The position numbers and the translations under genes were made by a program. The notes under the pieces were generated by a model. That model had not been told where the DNA came from and made no database searches. It saw only the letters and a list, made by a program, of their open reading frames with translations. DNA of 64,000 nt from an uncultured Eubacteriales bacterium (lineage in GTDB: Bacteria; Bacillota; Clostridia; Oscillospirales; CAG-272): the NCBI GenBank assembly GCA_963614875.1, contig CAVEFC010000001.1, positions 28,285 to 92,284 of the forward strand, in the 5' to 3' direction. Shown piece after piece: positions 1-10,148 of the stretch (position 1 is its first letter; each line of letters begins with the position of its first letter).

Positions 1-697
1 CGCCAGAAATATCGGAAAATCTTTCGCAGATTTCAAAGCCCGCTTTTTCAAGCGCGTTCTGAAGCGTTCTGTCTGTATACATTCTCTGCCTTTGATATTC
101 GTCAGTTCTGCGCCACTTTTCGCCGTGCCTTTCAAAAAACGTAAGATAAAAATCGCAGACGCCTTTTTCTTTCATATAATAATTCTGCCACGAAAGGAAA
201 AGGGCATCGGTTTCGTAAATAAAGGTGTTGTCGGCTATGATGCTTTCGTATTTGTATTTACTGTTTACGTCGAAAACGAAAACTCCGCCCTCGCAAAGAC
301 TTTCCGCCGTTCTTTCAAAGCATTGCGAAAGCTCTTCTCTTTTTGTAAGATAATTTATCCCGTCGAAGCTGCATATCGCCGCGCCGTAATTTTCGCCGCA
401 GTCAAGCTTTGCCATATCCTGCTCAACCAGAAGCATTTTTATATGCTTGTCCGACGCTTTTTTCAGCGCCGCCGAAAGCATTTCACAGCTGACATCCACC
501 CCCGTGACTTCAAAGCCCTTTTCGGCAAGAAGCACGGAAACGCTTCCCGTCCCACAGCCGAGATCTATAATTCTTTTCGGCAGGGACGGCGCATATTTTT
601 CGATTATTTTTTCATAAAAGTCCGCATATCCGGCATAATCGGTATCAGCCATAAGGCTGTCATAATGCCGTGCAAGAACGGAATAGCTGTCCTCCAT
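1..697 (-). CDS. Class I SAM-dependent methyltransferase (C-terminus runs off the left window edge)
   Basis: Not in the ORF track because there is no stop in the window. Manual reverse-strand translation from the ATG at 697-695 gives MEDSYSVLARHYDSLMADTDYAGYADFYEKIIEKYAPSLPKRIIDLGCGTGS... The DLGCGTG SAM-binding motif is encoded at 545-565. The listed + ORF 92..1036 is its antisense shadow. Confidence 0.75.
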   Translation of the reverse strand, partial: MEDSYSVLARHYDSLMADTDYAGYADFYEKIIEKYAPSLPKRIIDLGCGTGSVSVLLAEKGFEVTGVDVSCEMLSAALKKASDKHIKMLLVEQDMAKLDCGENYGAAICSFDGINYLTKREELSQCFERTAESLCEGGVFVFDVNSKYKYESIIADNTFIYETDALFLSWQNYYMKEKGVCDFYLTFFERHGEKWRRTDEYQRQRMYTDRTLQNALEKAGFEICERFSDISG

Positions 698-708
698 TTT
701 ATCTCCTT

Positions 709-1377
709 TTATCTGAAAAGTGTTTTTCCGTCGTCAAAATATACCGCCTTGCGACAGATAAAAACTTCGCTTTCGGCAAGAGCGGGAATTTTATCGGCAA
801 TGTATTTTACGGGAAGGTTTGGTCCGACGAAGGTAAGTTCTTTGCACGAAAGCATTACGCGAAGCGTAAGCATACAGCCCTGCGCCGTGCAGGATATAAG
901 GCGCATATCCGGCGCTATGTCAACCGTGCGCGTTCCCGCCTTGCCCGTTTTTTCCACGTTTATTTCGCCCGAAAAAAGCGCGGCTACGTCGTTTTTTATC
1001 GCCTCCGCCTGCGGAGTTTCAAATGCTATTTCGTAATCCGCCCAGCCGATATCGGAAAACTTCGTTTCCGGCTCGTATGCGGAAAGAATTCTTATTCCGT
1101 CCGGAAAAGATTCGTTGAGCCTTCTGCATATTTCGTCATATGGAACGTCCTGCGTCATTTTGAAATCCATAAATTCACATTCGCTCGAAACGCCGACGGA
1201 AAGCGGCGGAGAAAATACGGCTTTCGGATGAGGATTGAAGCCCTGCGTATACCATATCGGCAGCTTCGAGCGCAGAAACGACGTCTGCACCGTGCGGTTC
1301 AGATCCAGATGCGATATATATTTGAGTGCGCCTGTTTTTGAAAATTCAACTCTTATTTTTTTAAGCTCGGACACCAC
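709..1377 (-). CDS. Radical-SAM-associated protein (DUF2344 / TIGR03936-like)
   Basis: 222-aa ORF (MVSELKKIRVEFSKTGALKYISHLDLNRT...) immediately downstream of, and overlapping, a B12-binding radical SAM gene. This is the usual pairing for the family. Confidence 0.65.
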   Translation of the reverse strand: MVSELKKIRVEFSKTGALKYISHLDLNRTVQTSFLRSKLPIWYTQGFNPHPKAVFSPPLSVGVSSECEFMDFKMTQDVPYDEICRRLNESFPDGIRILSAYEPETKFSDIGWADYEIAFETPQAEAIKNDVAALFSGEINVEKTGKAGTRTVDIAPDMRLISCTAQGCMLTLRVMLSCKELTFVGPNLPVKYIADKIPALAESEVFICRKAVYFDDGKTLFR

Positions 1378-3206
1378 GATCTTTCACCTCCAAGTTTGTT
1401 TACTCCGCAGCCGGAGCAGCTCTGTTTGCAGTTTGGCGTTGTTTTTCCTTCAAACGCTTTGTGTCTTTCGCGCAGGAAAAATTCCTTTGTCATTCCTATG
1501 TCGATAACATCCCACGGAAGAATTTCATCCTCTCTGCGCTCTCTGTTCGCATAAAAATCGGGATTGATGCCCGTATCCTCAAAGACGGAAAGCCATTTGT
1601 CATAGCTGAAATATTCTTCCCAGCTGTCAAAGCTCATACCGCGCCTGTGCGCCTCCATAATCGCTTTTCCGAGCCGCCTGTCGCCACGTGCAAAAACGGC
1701 TTCTATACGGCTGACCGCGGCGTCGTGATAGTTGTATTTTATTTTTCTGTCGGTTATCTGCTCCTTGAGATACTGCTGCTTGCGCAAAAGCTCCTCATAC
1801 GCGCACTGCGGCTCCCACTGAAACGCCGTAAATGGCTTCGGAATAAAGCACGCCGCCGATATCGTCACCTGCGGAGCCTTGCGCGGTCTTGATGGCGTTG
1901 AATAATATTCTTCTATAACGTCTCTTGCAAGCTTTGCTATACCGCAGAGATCCTCGTCCGTTTCAGTGGGAAGTCCCTGCATAAAATAAAGCTTAACCTG
2001 CGATTTTCCGCCCTCGAACGCCACCCTGCACGCACGGAAAAGGTCTGCTTCCATTACGTTTTTGTTTATAACGTCGCGCAGACGCTGTGTTCCCGCCTCG
2101 GGCGCAAAGGTAAGAGTTCCCGTGCGGACGGTCGATATCTTGTCCATAAGCTCCTTTGTAAAGCTGTCCACGCGGAGCGACGGAAGCGAAATCGATATTT
2201 TTCTGTCGTTTGTCCATTCAAGAAGCATATCCGTAAGCTGAGAAATACACGAATAGTCGCTTATCGAAAGCGAGGACAGTGTCATTTCGCTGTAGCCGGT
2301 GTTGTCGGCAAGCTTTTTCGCCTGCTCGCAGAGCACCTCGGGAGATTTTTCTCTTACGGGGCGGAAAACCGCTCCCGCCTGACAGAAGCGACAGCCTCTT
2401 ATGCAGCCTCTGTAAACCTCAAGGGTTATTCTGTCCTGAACGGTCTGAATAAACGGCACTATGAATTTCTCCGGATACGGAGCCTTGTCCATATCCTCGA
2501 CGATGCGCTTCTGCACCTTTTCGGGAACGTCCGGATATTTCGGCGCGAAAAGCTTTATCGTGCCGTCGTCGTTATATTCGACATCATAAAGCGACGGAAC
2601 GTAAATTCCCTTTATGTGCGAGGCTTCTCTCAAAAATTTCTCCTTTGAATAGCCCGCTTTTTTATGCTCTATATAAAGCTCCGTAAGCTCTATGTTTACT
2701 TCCTCTCCCTCGCCGATGATAAAAAGATCGACAAAATCGGCAAGCGGCTCGCCGTTGTACGCGCACGGACCTCCGCAGATCACAAGCGGATCCTTATCTC
2801 CTCTTTCGCTTGCAAGAAGCTTCACCTTGCCGAGCTCAAGCATATTCACAAGCGTCGTGTAGCAAAGCTCGTACTGAATAGAAAACGCAACCATATCGAA
2901 TTCATAAAGCGGATCGGAGGATTCAAGCGAGCAAAGCGGAATATCGTGCTCCCGAAGCTGCTCCTCCATATCCGTCCACGGAGCAAAGCATCTTTCGCAG
3001 GCGATATTTTCGTGCCTGTTGTAAATATCGTAAAGTATCCTCATTCCCAGATTTGACATTCCTATCTCGTATATGTCGGGGAAACAGAAAACTATCCTTG
3101 CGTCAAGCCCTTCCCTGCTTTTTACGATCTGTCCCCATTCGCCGCCCGTATAACGAGCGGGCTTCTGAACCTTTTTAAGTATACTCTCCGGAATTTTCAT
3201 CATCAT
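1353..3206 (-). CDS. B12-binding-domain radical SAM protein (TIGR03960-like)
   Basis: CxxxCxxC radical SAM motif (YRGCIRGCRFCQAG). About 617 aa. Start moved to the first ATG after GAAAGG (the track start at 3209 is a GTG). Confidence 0.8.
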   Translation of the reverse strand: MMMKIPESILKKVQKPARYTGGEWGQIVKSREGLDARIVFCFPDIYEIGMSNLGMRILYDIYNRHENIACERCFAPWTDMEEQLREHDIPLCSLESSDPLYEFDMVAFSIQYELCYTTLVNMLELGKVKLLASERGDKDPLVICGGPCAYNGEPLADFVDLFIIGEGEEVNIELTELYIEHKKAGYSKEKFLREASHIKGIYVPSLYDVEYNDDGTIKLFAPKYPDVPEKVQKRIVEDMDKAPYPEKFIVPFIQTVQDRITLEVYRGCIRGCRFCQAGAVFRPVREKSPEVLCEQAKKLADNTGYSEMTLSSLSISDYSCISQLTDMLLEWTNDRKISISLPSLRVDSFTKELMDKISTVRTGTLTFAPEAGTQRLRDVINKNVMEADLFRACRVAFEGGKSQVKLYFMQGLPTETDEDLCGIAKLARDVIEEYYSTPSRPRKAPQVTISAACFIPKPFTAFQWEPQCAYEELLRKQQYLKEQITDRKIKYNYHDAAVSRIEAVFARGDRRLGKAIMEAHRRGMSFDSWEEYFSYDKWLSVFEDTGINPDFYANRERREDEILPWDVIDIGMTKEFFLRERHKAFEGKTTPNCKQSCSGCGVNKLGGERSWCPSLKK

Positions 3207-6200
3207 CACTGCCTTTCTTGTTTGTTATTCTGCAGATTGCCTTCATACGACAATATCTGCAGGGATCAGTTCCGCCGGCGTCTGTCGGGGCGGCATACGC
3301 AAGACCTTCCTTAAGCTCCGCCGCAAAGCCGAGAACGGTATTCACAATGCTTTGTCTGAGCTTGACGAGCTCGTCAAGCGCGATAGTGTTTTTCGCCTTT
3401 CCGTCGGACGTCACCTTTACCGGCGAATAAACGCCTTTCAGCTCCGGCTCCATCGCGCGCGCAAGATCGAGTCCGTCCTCGCCCGCTTCCGTAACTACGC
3501 CCGATACGGCAAATTTATCGTCGCCCTCGCCGCCCGAGGAAACCGTTTCCGCCTTCGGATTTATTTCAACGTAAATCACTCCTGCCGGAACTATTTCTTT
3601 TCCGAAATATTTTTCTCCGTTTTCCCAGAGCGAAAACAGATACAAGGGCATCTGCATATCAAGCCCCGCGGATATTTTTTCAAGATCGAATTTCTTTGCG
3701 TTCTTTTTGTAATCCACAACGCAAAGATACAGCTTTCCGTCGCCACGGTCGTATGCGTCAACGCGGTCTATCCTGCCGAAAAGCTTTACCGTGCTTTGCC
3801 CGTCTTCTATCTTTATCGCGTCGACTCCGCCCGCACTTCCCACCGGAAGCTCAAATCCGACGGGACGAAAGCTGCTCGCGGCAAATTCGTCTCTTATTCT
3901 TTTTGCAAAAACCATCGCCCTGCCGCAAAGATAATCTGTCATATGGCAAAGTCTTTTGGGAAGCTCGGACATTGCTTTTCCCGTGACGCCGCATATGTAT
4001 TTTTCTGCCGCGGAGCGTATTGCGCGCTTTGTTTCCTCCTCGGAAAAATCGTCCCTTGCCGCAAGCTTTGCCGCGACTTCGAGCGTCGCGTGCAGAAAGC
4101 TTCCCGTGTTCATATCCGAAAATCCTGCCGTGCCGTCGTCGGAAAGGTCAAGCTCATAGCGGCAGAAATACTGAAATCTGCACTTTATGTAATTTTCGAT
4201 ACGCGAATAGCTCGTGTTTATGTTTCCCGAAAAAAGCTCGCCTGCATTTGCGCGGTCGAGTCTGCATTTTTCCGCCGACATAGGCTCTTTTGCGCAGGAA
4301 AGCCTTTCGGCGTAATCGGGCTTTGCCGAAAGATAATCGCGCAGAGCCTTGGAAAATTCGCCTTTTTCCGAAAGCGCGTATTCGAGCGCCGCCTCACAGC
4401 AGTATATCCTGTCCTTTTCGGGAATATCGTCAAAGCTTGTTTCTCTGAGCAGAGGAAACATCTCTTCGATTCTGCCGAGCGCAGAACAGCGTCCCGCGCT
4501 TCCGTCGGAGGTGTACGTTATGAAAAGCTCCTCCTTCGGCGCGCACACGGAGCTGTAAAAGTAATAATATTCGTCCGAAACGCTTTTTTCAAGCCTTGAC
4601 GAAAAATCAACGCCCTTTTCGCGCAGAAGCTCTTTTTCGTATTCGGAAAATATCCCGTCGTCAGTCACTCTTTTGGGAAAAACTCCGTCCGTCGCGCCGA
4701 CTATGTAAACCGTTTTCGCCTCAGGCCGCGTCATTGCCGCGCCGCCTATAAGCACCTCGTCAACGGAGGTCGGAATCGAGCCTATATCCGTTTCCGAAAA
4801 AGCAAGCTTCAGAAGCTGTAAAAAACCGTCGGCGTCGGTTTCTTCGTCGCCGGCGCTGAGCGCCGTCTGATCGAGCGCGTCGCACAGCACCTGCCACAGC
4901 TGAGAAAATTCCTCCGCTCCCGAAGCGTCGCCCGCTTTCAGCGAAAGCTCCGCGTCCTCGCCGAGTTTTTCCGGAATTTTCATCATTACGAGAAAATCGT
5001 AAAGCAACGCGGCGTGATCGCGCACGGTTCTGCACTCTTTGAGCGCTCCGGCAAACCGCAGAAGCGGCGCTTTTACCTTTTCGCGAAGAACGCCGAGCGT
5101 TTCCAGAATTTCCTCGTCGCCCTCGCGCGCTCTGTCGTCGTAGCCGCGAAGAGGAAACGTCCACTCCTCGTCCGACGAAAACCTTTTGCCCTGTATTTTC
5201 CACTTTATGATATAATTTTCGAGCAGATCGCATTCGTCGCCCGAAATACCGCTGTAATCGGTTTTTATGTATTCTATTATGTCGCGGCGCAGAAAGCCCC
5301 TTCTTGCGCACGCATAAGCCGAATAAATGAACTTTACTATTCCGCGTTCGTCTATGTCTGCGCGGCGCGAAACGTAGTAAGGAATTCCGGCTTTTTCAAG
5401 CTCCGCGTCGAGAATTCCGTCATAATCCTCCGTGTCGCGCACGATGACAGCCATATCGCGATAGCGGGCTCCCGCTCTTACGCGCTTCGATATGTCGATT
5501 GCGACGGCTTCCGCTTCCTCGTATTTGTTTTTGCACTCGGTAACCGAAATATGCTCGGGAGCTTTTTCGTATACCGCCTTGGAATTTTTCAGAGAAAACA
5601 GATTTTCCGCAAGGAACGCAAGCTCGCCGTTTTTATATCCTGTGCTGTACCCGAATATAACGGGCTCGGCAATATCCGCTCCGACCTTTTCAGCCGTGCG
5701 ATGAAGCCTTTCGTCCGTTTCCGAAAGCGAAACGAAAGCCGCTCCGCCTCCGTCCTCATCCGGAACATACGGAAGCGAAACATACGTTTCGTCCGCTCCC
5801 GAAAAAACAGCCGCAAGCATTTTGTACTGCTCTTTCGTAAAGCTCAGAAAGGAATCTATAAAAACGTCGGTACCGTCGAAAAAATCGCCGCAGAGTTCGC
5901 ACGCCCTTGCAAGCGAACCGTCAGGCTCGCTCCATTTTTTCGCTACCTCTCTGTCAAAATCGGAAAATATCCTCGCAAGATCGGAAAGCTTTCCGGCAAC
6001 TCTCGGCTTTTCGGAAAGCTTCTCCGCCGCAGACAGAAGCTCCTGCGGAGTTATAAGGTTTTTGAAAAGCTCCGTGCGCTCGGAGGTCAGCTTTTCAACC
6101 GTCGAAAGATCCGACGCCGATATCCTGCCGTAGCAGGAAAGCGCCGGCGCAGCCCTCCGCAGAACATTATACATAATTATTTTCTTTGCGCCCGAGCCTA

Positions 6201-6435
6201 TATAGCTTTCGCATATTCCGCCGCGACGACGGAATATGTAGTTTGTAAGTCTGGAAAAGGTCAAAACGTCAATGCCTGCCGCGCCTTCGAGAGAAGCGCA
6301 TTTCCGTTCGGCTGAAACGGCTTCCCTGTCGGGAACTATTATAAGCACGCGTCTTTTGCGCGCCGATTCGCTCGCCTTGGCGTAAAGCCACGCGCTCTTG
6401 CCCGATGCCGCCCTTCCGTAAACGAAATGAAGCAT
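3175..6435 (-). CDS. addB: ATP-dependent helicase/nuclease AddAB, subunit B
   Basis: 1086 aa. N-terminal Walker-A-like GRAASGKS, a C-terminal RecB-type nuclease motif (VVDYKK), and a terminal Cys cluster CRYCRMKAIC typical of the AddB Fe-S nuclease domain. Confidence 0.8.
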   Translation of the reverse strand: MLHFVYGRAASGKSAWLYAKASESARKRRVLIIVPDREAVSAERKCASLEGAAGIDVLTFSRLTNYIFRRRGGICESYIGSGAKKIIMYNVLRRAAPALSCYGRISASDLSTVEKLTSERTELFKNLITPQELLSAAEKLSEKPRVAGKLSDLARIFSDFDREVAKKWSEPDGSLARACELCGDFFDGTDVFIDSFLSFTKEQYKMLAAVFSGADETYVSLPYVPDEDGGGAAFVSLSETDERLHRTAEKVGADIAEPVIFGYSTGYKNGELAFLAENLFSLKNSKAVYEKAPEHISVTECKNKYEEAEAVAIDISKRVRAGARYRDMAVIVRDTEDYDGILDAELEKAGIPYYVSRRADIDERGIVKFIYSAYACARRGFLRRDIIEYIKTDYSGISGDECDLLENYIIKWKIQGKRFSSDEEWTFPLRGYDDRAREGDEEILETLGVLREKVKAPLLRFAGALKECRTVRDHAALLYDFLVMMKIPEKLGEDAELSLKAGDASGAEEFSQLWQVLCDALDQTALSAGDEETDADGFLQLLKLAFSETDIGSIPTSVDEVLIGGAAMTRPEAKTVYIVGATDGVFPKRVTDDGIFSEYEKELLREKGVDFSSRLEKSVSDEYYYFYSSVCAPKEELFITYTSDGSAGRCSALGRIEEMFPLLRETSFDDIPEKDRIYCCEAALEYALSEKGEFSKALRDYLSAKPDYAERLSCAKEPMSAEKCRLDRANAGELFSGNINTSYSRIENYIKCRFQYFCRYELDLSDDGTAGFSDMNTGSFLHATLEVAAKLAARDDFSEEETKRAIRSAAEKYICGVTGKAMSELPKRLCHMTDYLCGRAMVFAKRIRDEFAASSFRPVGFELPVGSAGGVDAIKIEDGQSTVKLFGRIDRVDAYDRGDGKLYLCVVDYKKNAKKFDLEKISAGLDMQMPLYLFSLWENGEKYFGKEIVPAGVIYVEINPKAETVSSGGEGDDKFAVSGVVTEAGEDGLDLARAMEPELKGVYSPVKVTSDGKAKNTIALDELVKLRQSIVNTVLGFAAELKEGLAYAAPTDAGGTDPCRYCRMKAICRITNKKGSDDDENSGEYT

Positions 6436-6449
6436 TTATTCCTCTCCTC

Positions 6450-7091
6450 TCAGAAAATTTCGATAATTCTTACGTTTTTATTTTTTTGAAGCGATTTCAC
6501 AAGCGAAAACGCAAAGCTTATATGCAGATAGCATTTTCTGTCCTTCGGCTTTGACGCGCTGAGAAATCCGCACTTGAATATTGAACCCGTAACGCACATA
6601 AGCGTTCCCTTTTGTTTCAGCTCCTCGGCGTATTCGCCCTTTACGTCGTCAAAAACTATATACACCGTTCCGGTAAGCGAATCAAACCTTTTCCGGCAGT
6701 GCCTGCGCGAAAAGCTTGCGATAAGCGCGCCCAGAAGCGAAAGCACAAACACCGTGGGAAGTATAAGCAAAGCCGCTATCACGGCTACCGCCACGGTAGC
6801 GCCGCCCTGAATGAGCAGAATGACAAGATACGCAATTCTTACGACCGACGAAGCGAGAAGAAAGCGCTTCAGCGCAAAAAATATCTTCGAGCATACGTCC
6901 GCCGCCGCCGACATATTTATCGCGCCCTTGAGATATCCCGCATAGCCGGAATGGCTTTCGGCGTTGGTTCGCTTCAGAAATTCTTTTCCCGGCTCGTTTT
7001 TTCCGCCCGTAAAGCTTGCAAGGCGACGCTTGTAGTATGCGTTTTCCATTTTCAGAATTCGGTTTTCGAGTTCCAGCTTTTCAATACTCAT
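6450..7091 (-). CDS. Hypothetical membrane protein (N-terminal coiled coil, two or three TM helices)
   Basis: 213-aa ORF with hydrophobic stretches (VVRIAYLVILLIQGGATVAVAVIAALLILPTVFVLSLLGALIA). No recognisable family motif. Confidence 0.45.
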   Translation of the reverse strand: MSIEKLELENRILKMENAYYKRRLASFTGGKNEPGKEFLKRTNAESHSGYAGYLKGAINMSAAADVCSKIFFALKRFLLASSVVRIAYLVILLIQGGATVAVAVIAALLILPTVFVLSLLGALIASFSRRHCRKRFDSLTGTVYIVFDDVKGEYAEELKQKGTLMCVTGSIFKCGFLSASKPKDRKCYLHISFAFSLVKSLQKNKNVRIIEIF

Positions 7092-7126
7092 ATAAAATCC
7101 CCCGCAAATATTTTTGCCGCGCTTTT

Positions 7127-7969
7127 TTACTTATGCACATCGCCCGTGCCGCAGAGAAGCTCCAGATTTCTTTTTATCGTAGCCTTGCCGCGCCACGAAA
7201 AAGCCCTTTTTCCGAATTCCTCGTCGCTCATCGCGCAAAGCCCGTCCGACGTCAGATTTTTTATTCTGTCTTCCCTGAAAAAGCTTATGGGCGTTTGCGC
7301 ACCGTTTTTTATCGCCTTCTGCACCAAGGGGCAGACAAGCTGACAGATATCGCATCCCCACGCGCTTTTGTATTTTACTATATATTCTTTTTCTTTTTCC
7401 GAAAGCTCGCCCTTTTTCTGAGTCACGGCGGAAAGACAATCCATTCCTTCAAGCGTCATCGGGCAGGCTTTTCTGCACGCTCCGCAGTGAACGCAGTGCG
7501 AAAGCGGATATTCGCCGTTTTTATCGCAGCCGAATGTTTCCGGCTCAATATCCGTAAATACTTCGGCAAGAAAAACAAACGAACCGTATTTTTCGTTTAT
7601 GATAACGTAGCTGTCGCCCATCACGCCGAGTCCGGCGCGGCAGGCGGCGTCCGCCTCCTCTATCGGAGACTTGTCCGCAAAGCCGACAAATTTTCCGTCG
7701 AATTTTTCGGAAAGCTTTCCGCAAAGGCGCGGAAAAAGCCCGTCGCAGTAAAGATGATAATCCCTCGGGCGCGCATAAAGCGATATGTTTCCCTCGCCGT
7801 CATCGTCGTAATACGGAATGAGAAACATTATAGCCGTTTTTGCCTCCTCCGCAGGAAGTCCCGCCCTGATGAGCAGATCGGGGCGTCTTACGTTGCATTT
7901 TTCAATCGGAATCGGGGCAAAACATTCTATATTTTCCGCGGAAAATATCTCATAAAGCGCTGAATTCAT
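7127..7969 (-). CDS. QueG-like 4Fe-4S protein (short epoxyqueuosine-reductase/DUF1730-type)
   Basis: Two ferredoxin-type Cys motifs (CVHCGACRKACP and CDICQLVCP) and a QueG-like N-terminal region. It is shorter than canonical QueG, so the function is uncertain. Confidence 0.5.
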   Translation of the reverse strand: MNSALYEIFSAENIECFAPIPIEKCNVRRPDLLIRAGLPAEEAKTAIMFLIPYYDDDGEGNISLYARPRDYHLYCDGLFPRLCGKLSEKFDGKFVGFADKSPIEEADAACRAGLGVMGDSYVIINEKYGSFVFLAEVFTDIEPETFGCDKNGEYPLSHCVHCGACRKACPMTLEGMDCLSAVTQKKGELSEKEKEYIVKYKSAWGCDICQLVCPLVQKAIKNGAQTPISFFREDRIKNLTSDGLCAMSDEEFGKRAFSWRGKATIKRNLELLCGTGDVHK

Positions 7970-8008
7970 AAACGTTTATCCTCATAATTGTGTTTTTGCA
8001 AATTTTTC

Positions 8009-8037
8009 TTGATTAAAACCTCAACATATGGTATAAT
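8009..8037 (+). promoter_or_regulatory. Sigma-A-type promoter for the topoisomerase operon
   Basis: TTGATT (8009-8014), 17-nt spacer, TGgTATAAT with TATAAT at 8032-8037. Confidence 0.5.
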
Positions 8038-8145
8038 ATATTGAATTAAAATAATCGCGTATATTACACCTATGATAAATATTATAACAAATTTTCGGAA
8101 TAAATCAACACAAAATAAAGCAAAACATTGAGCGGAGTGAAAAAA

Positions 8146-10128
8146 ATGACGAACCGTATCCACAATTATGACGACAACAGTATAACGATGCTGAAAGGAG
8201 CGGAGCGCGTAAGGGCGCGTCCTGCCGTTATTTTCGGCTCGGACAGCATCGAAGGCTGCGAGCATTCCGTTTTTGAAATACTTTCAAACTCCGTGGACGA
8301 GGCAAGAGAAGGCTACGGCGACAGAATAAACATAACCGTTTACAACGACCGCACCATCTGCATCGAGGATTTCGGGCGCGGCGTTCCGCTCGACTACAAC
8401 GAAAAGGAGCACGCGTACAACTGGGAGCTTGTCTACTGCGAGCTTTACGCCGGCGGCAAATACAACAACAACGCAAGCGGAGCAAACTACAAATATTCGC
8501 TCGGACTCAACGGTCTCGGCGCGGCGGCGACGCAATGCTCGTCGGAATTTATGAAGGTTCAGTCGTATCACACGACGGAAATGCTCGAAATGAATTTCAA
8601 AAAAGGCGAGCCCGACGGTGAGCTTATCCGCCGTCCGCTTTCAAAAAAGGAACAGCGCACCGGCACAGTCGTGACGTGGCGTCCCGACCTTGAAGTGTTC
8701 ACTGACACAAATATCCCGAAAATTTATTTTGAAACAATGCTCGAACGTCAGGCTGTCGTAAACGCGGGACTGCGCTTTGTGTTCCGCTGGCAGACGATGG
8801 AGGGCGATTTTGAAGAAAAGGAATATTACTACGAATCCGGCATAAAGGATTATATCGCAAGAATGGCGGGAGCCGACGCGATAACCCCTCCGCAGTATTT
8901 TCAGATGGAAACAAAAGGTCGCGACCGCGCCGACAAGGACGATTACAGCCTGAAAGCCGAATTTGCATTCTGCTTTTCAAATTCGTTTCAGCTTATTGAG
9001 TATTATCATAACTCAAGCTTTCTCGAACACGGTGGCTCGCCCGACAAGGCGGCAAGAACGGCGTTTGTGTACGCTATCGACAAATATATAAAGCAGACGG
9101 GCAAATACAACAAAACCGATTCGAAGATAACCTTTGCCGACATCGAAGACTGTCTTGTTCTCGTGATAAACAGCTTTTCTACCGAAACGTCGTATGCAAA
9201 CCAGACGAAAAAGGCTATAACAAACGAATTCATAGCCGAAGCAATGACCGATTATCTCAAGCGCACGCTTGAAGTTTATTTTGCGGAAAATCCGCTCGAC
9301 GCCGACAAGATAGCGGCGCAGGTGCTTGTGAACAAGCGCAGTCGCGAAACGGCGGAAAGCACGCGTCTCAACCTCAAAAAGAAGCTCAGCACGTCGAACG
9401 ACATCGCTTCAAGAGTGGAAAAATTCGTTTCGTGCCGATCAAAAGATCCCGAAAGGCGCGAGCTTTATATAGTGGAGGGCGACTCGGCTCTGACCTCCTG
9501 CAAGCTCGGCAGAGACGCGGAATTTCAGGCGATAATACCCGTGCGCGGAAAAACGCTCAACTGCCTTAAAGCCGGCTACGACAGAATTTTCAAAAGCGAA
9601 ATCATAACCGATCTTCTTAAGGTCATCGGCTGCGGAGTGGAGGTAAAGCAGAAGGGCGAGGCGACGTTCGACCTCGATTCGCTGAAATGGAGCAAGATAA
9701 TAATCTGCACCGATGCCGACGAGGACGGCTTCCAGATAAGAACGCTTATACTTACAATGTTTTACCGTCTTCTGCCCACTCTCATAAAGGAGGGCAAGGT
9801 TTACATTGCGGAATCGCCGCTTTTTGAAATTGCGTCGAAGGACAAAATATATTTTGCCTACAACGAAAAGGAAAAGCTTGACATAATAAAGCAGCTCGGC
9901 AGCACAAAATATACGCTTCAGCGCTCGAAAGGTCTCGGCGAAAACGAACCCGAAATGATGTGGCAGACGACGATGAATCCCGCGTCGCGCCGTCTGATAA
10001 AGATATGCGAAGCCGACAGAGCGCAGACGGAATATATCTTTGAAACGCTGCTCGGCGACGACATAACCGAAAGAAAAGATTTTATAGCGCGCAACGGCAG
10101 GCTTTATCTTGCCGATGCGGATATCTGA
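8146..10128 (+). CDS. Type IIA DNA topoisomerase subunit B (topo IV/gyrase-B paralog)
   Basis: GHKL ATPase and TOPRIM motifs (LYIVEGDSA, TDADEDG, QRSKGLGE). Start set at ATG 8146 after GGAG; the track start at 8128 is a TTG. Confidence 0.85.
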   Translation: MTNRIHNYDDNSITMLKGAERVRARPAVIFGSDSIEGCEHSVFEILSNSVDEAREGYGDRINITVYNDRTICIEDFGRGVPLDYNEKEHAYNWELVYCELYAGGKYNNNASGANYKYSLGLNGLGAAATQCSSEFMKVQSYHTTEMLEMNFKKGEPDGELIRRPLSKKEQRTGTVVTWRPDLEVFTDTNIPKIYFETMLERQAVVNAGLRFVFRWQTMEGDFEEKEYYYESGIKDYIARMAGADAITPPQYFQMETKGRDRADKDDYSLKAEFAFCFSNSFQLIEYYHNSSFLEHGGSPDKAARTAFVYAIDKYIKQTGKYNKTDSKITFADIEDCLVLVINSFSTETSYANQTKKAITNEFIAEAMTDYLKRTLEVYFAENPLDADKIAAQVLVNKRSRETAESTRLNLKKKLSTSNDIASRVEKFVSCRSKDPERRELYIVEGDSALTSCKLGRDAEFQAIIPVRGKTLNCLKAGYDRIFKSEIITDLLKVIGCGVEVKQKGEATFDLDSLKWSKIIICTDADEDGFQIRTLILTMFYRLLPTLIKEGKVYIAESPLFEIASKDKIYFAYNEKEKLDIIKQLGSTKYTLQRSKGLGENEPEMMWQTTMNPASRRLIKICEADRAQTEYIFETLLGDDITERKDFIARNGRLYLADADI

Positions 10129-10148
10129 GTTAAGGGAGGATACGAAAA

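Noticed and set aside
5014-6315. Long ORFs opposite to real genes, e.g. 92..1036+, 3352..4599+, 5014..6315+, 9439..10155-, 24434..25711-, 29643..30383-, 39366..40271+, 54201..55049+, 56372..57637+, 58039..59007-, 62164..63435+
   Set aside because: Their translations are low-complexity and Arg/Phe/Cys-rich with no motifs. Each lies fully antisense to an ORF with clear family signatures. They are typical shadow ORFs in GC-biased coding DNA.
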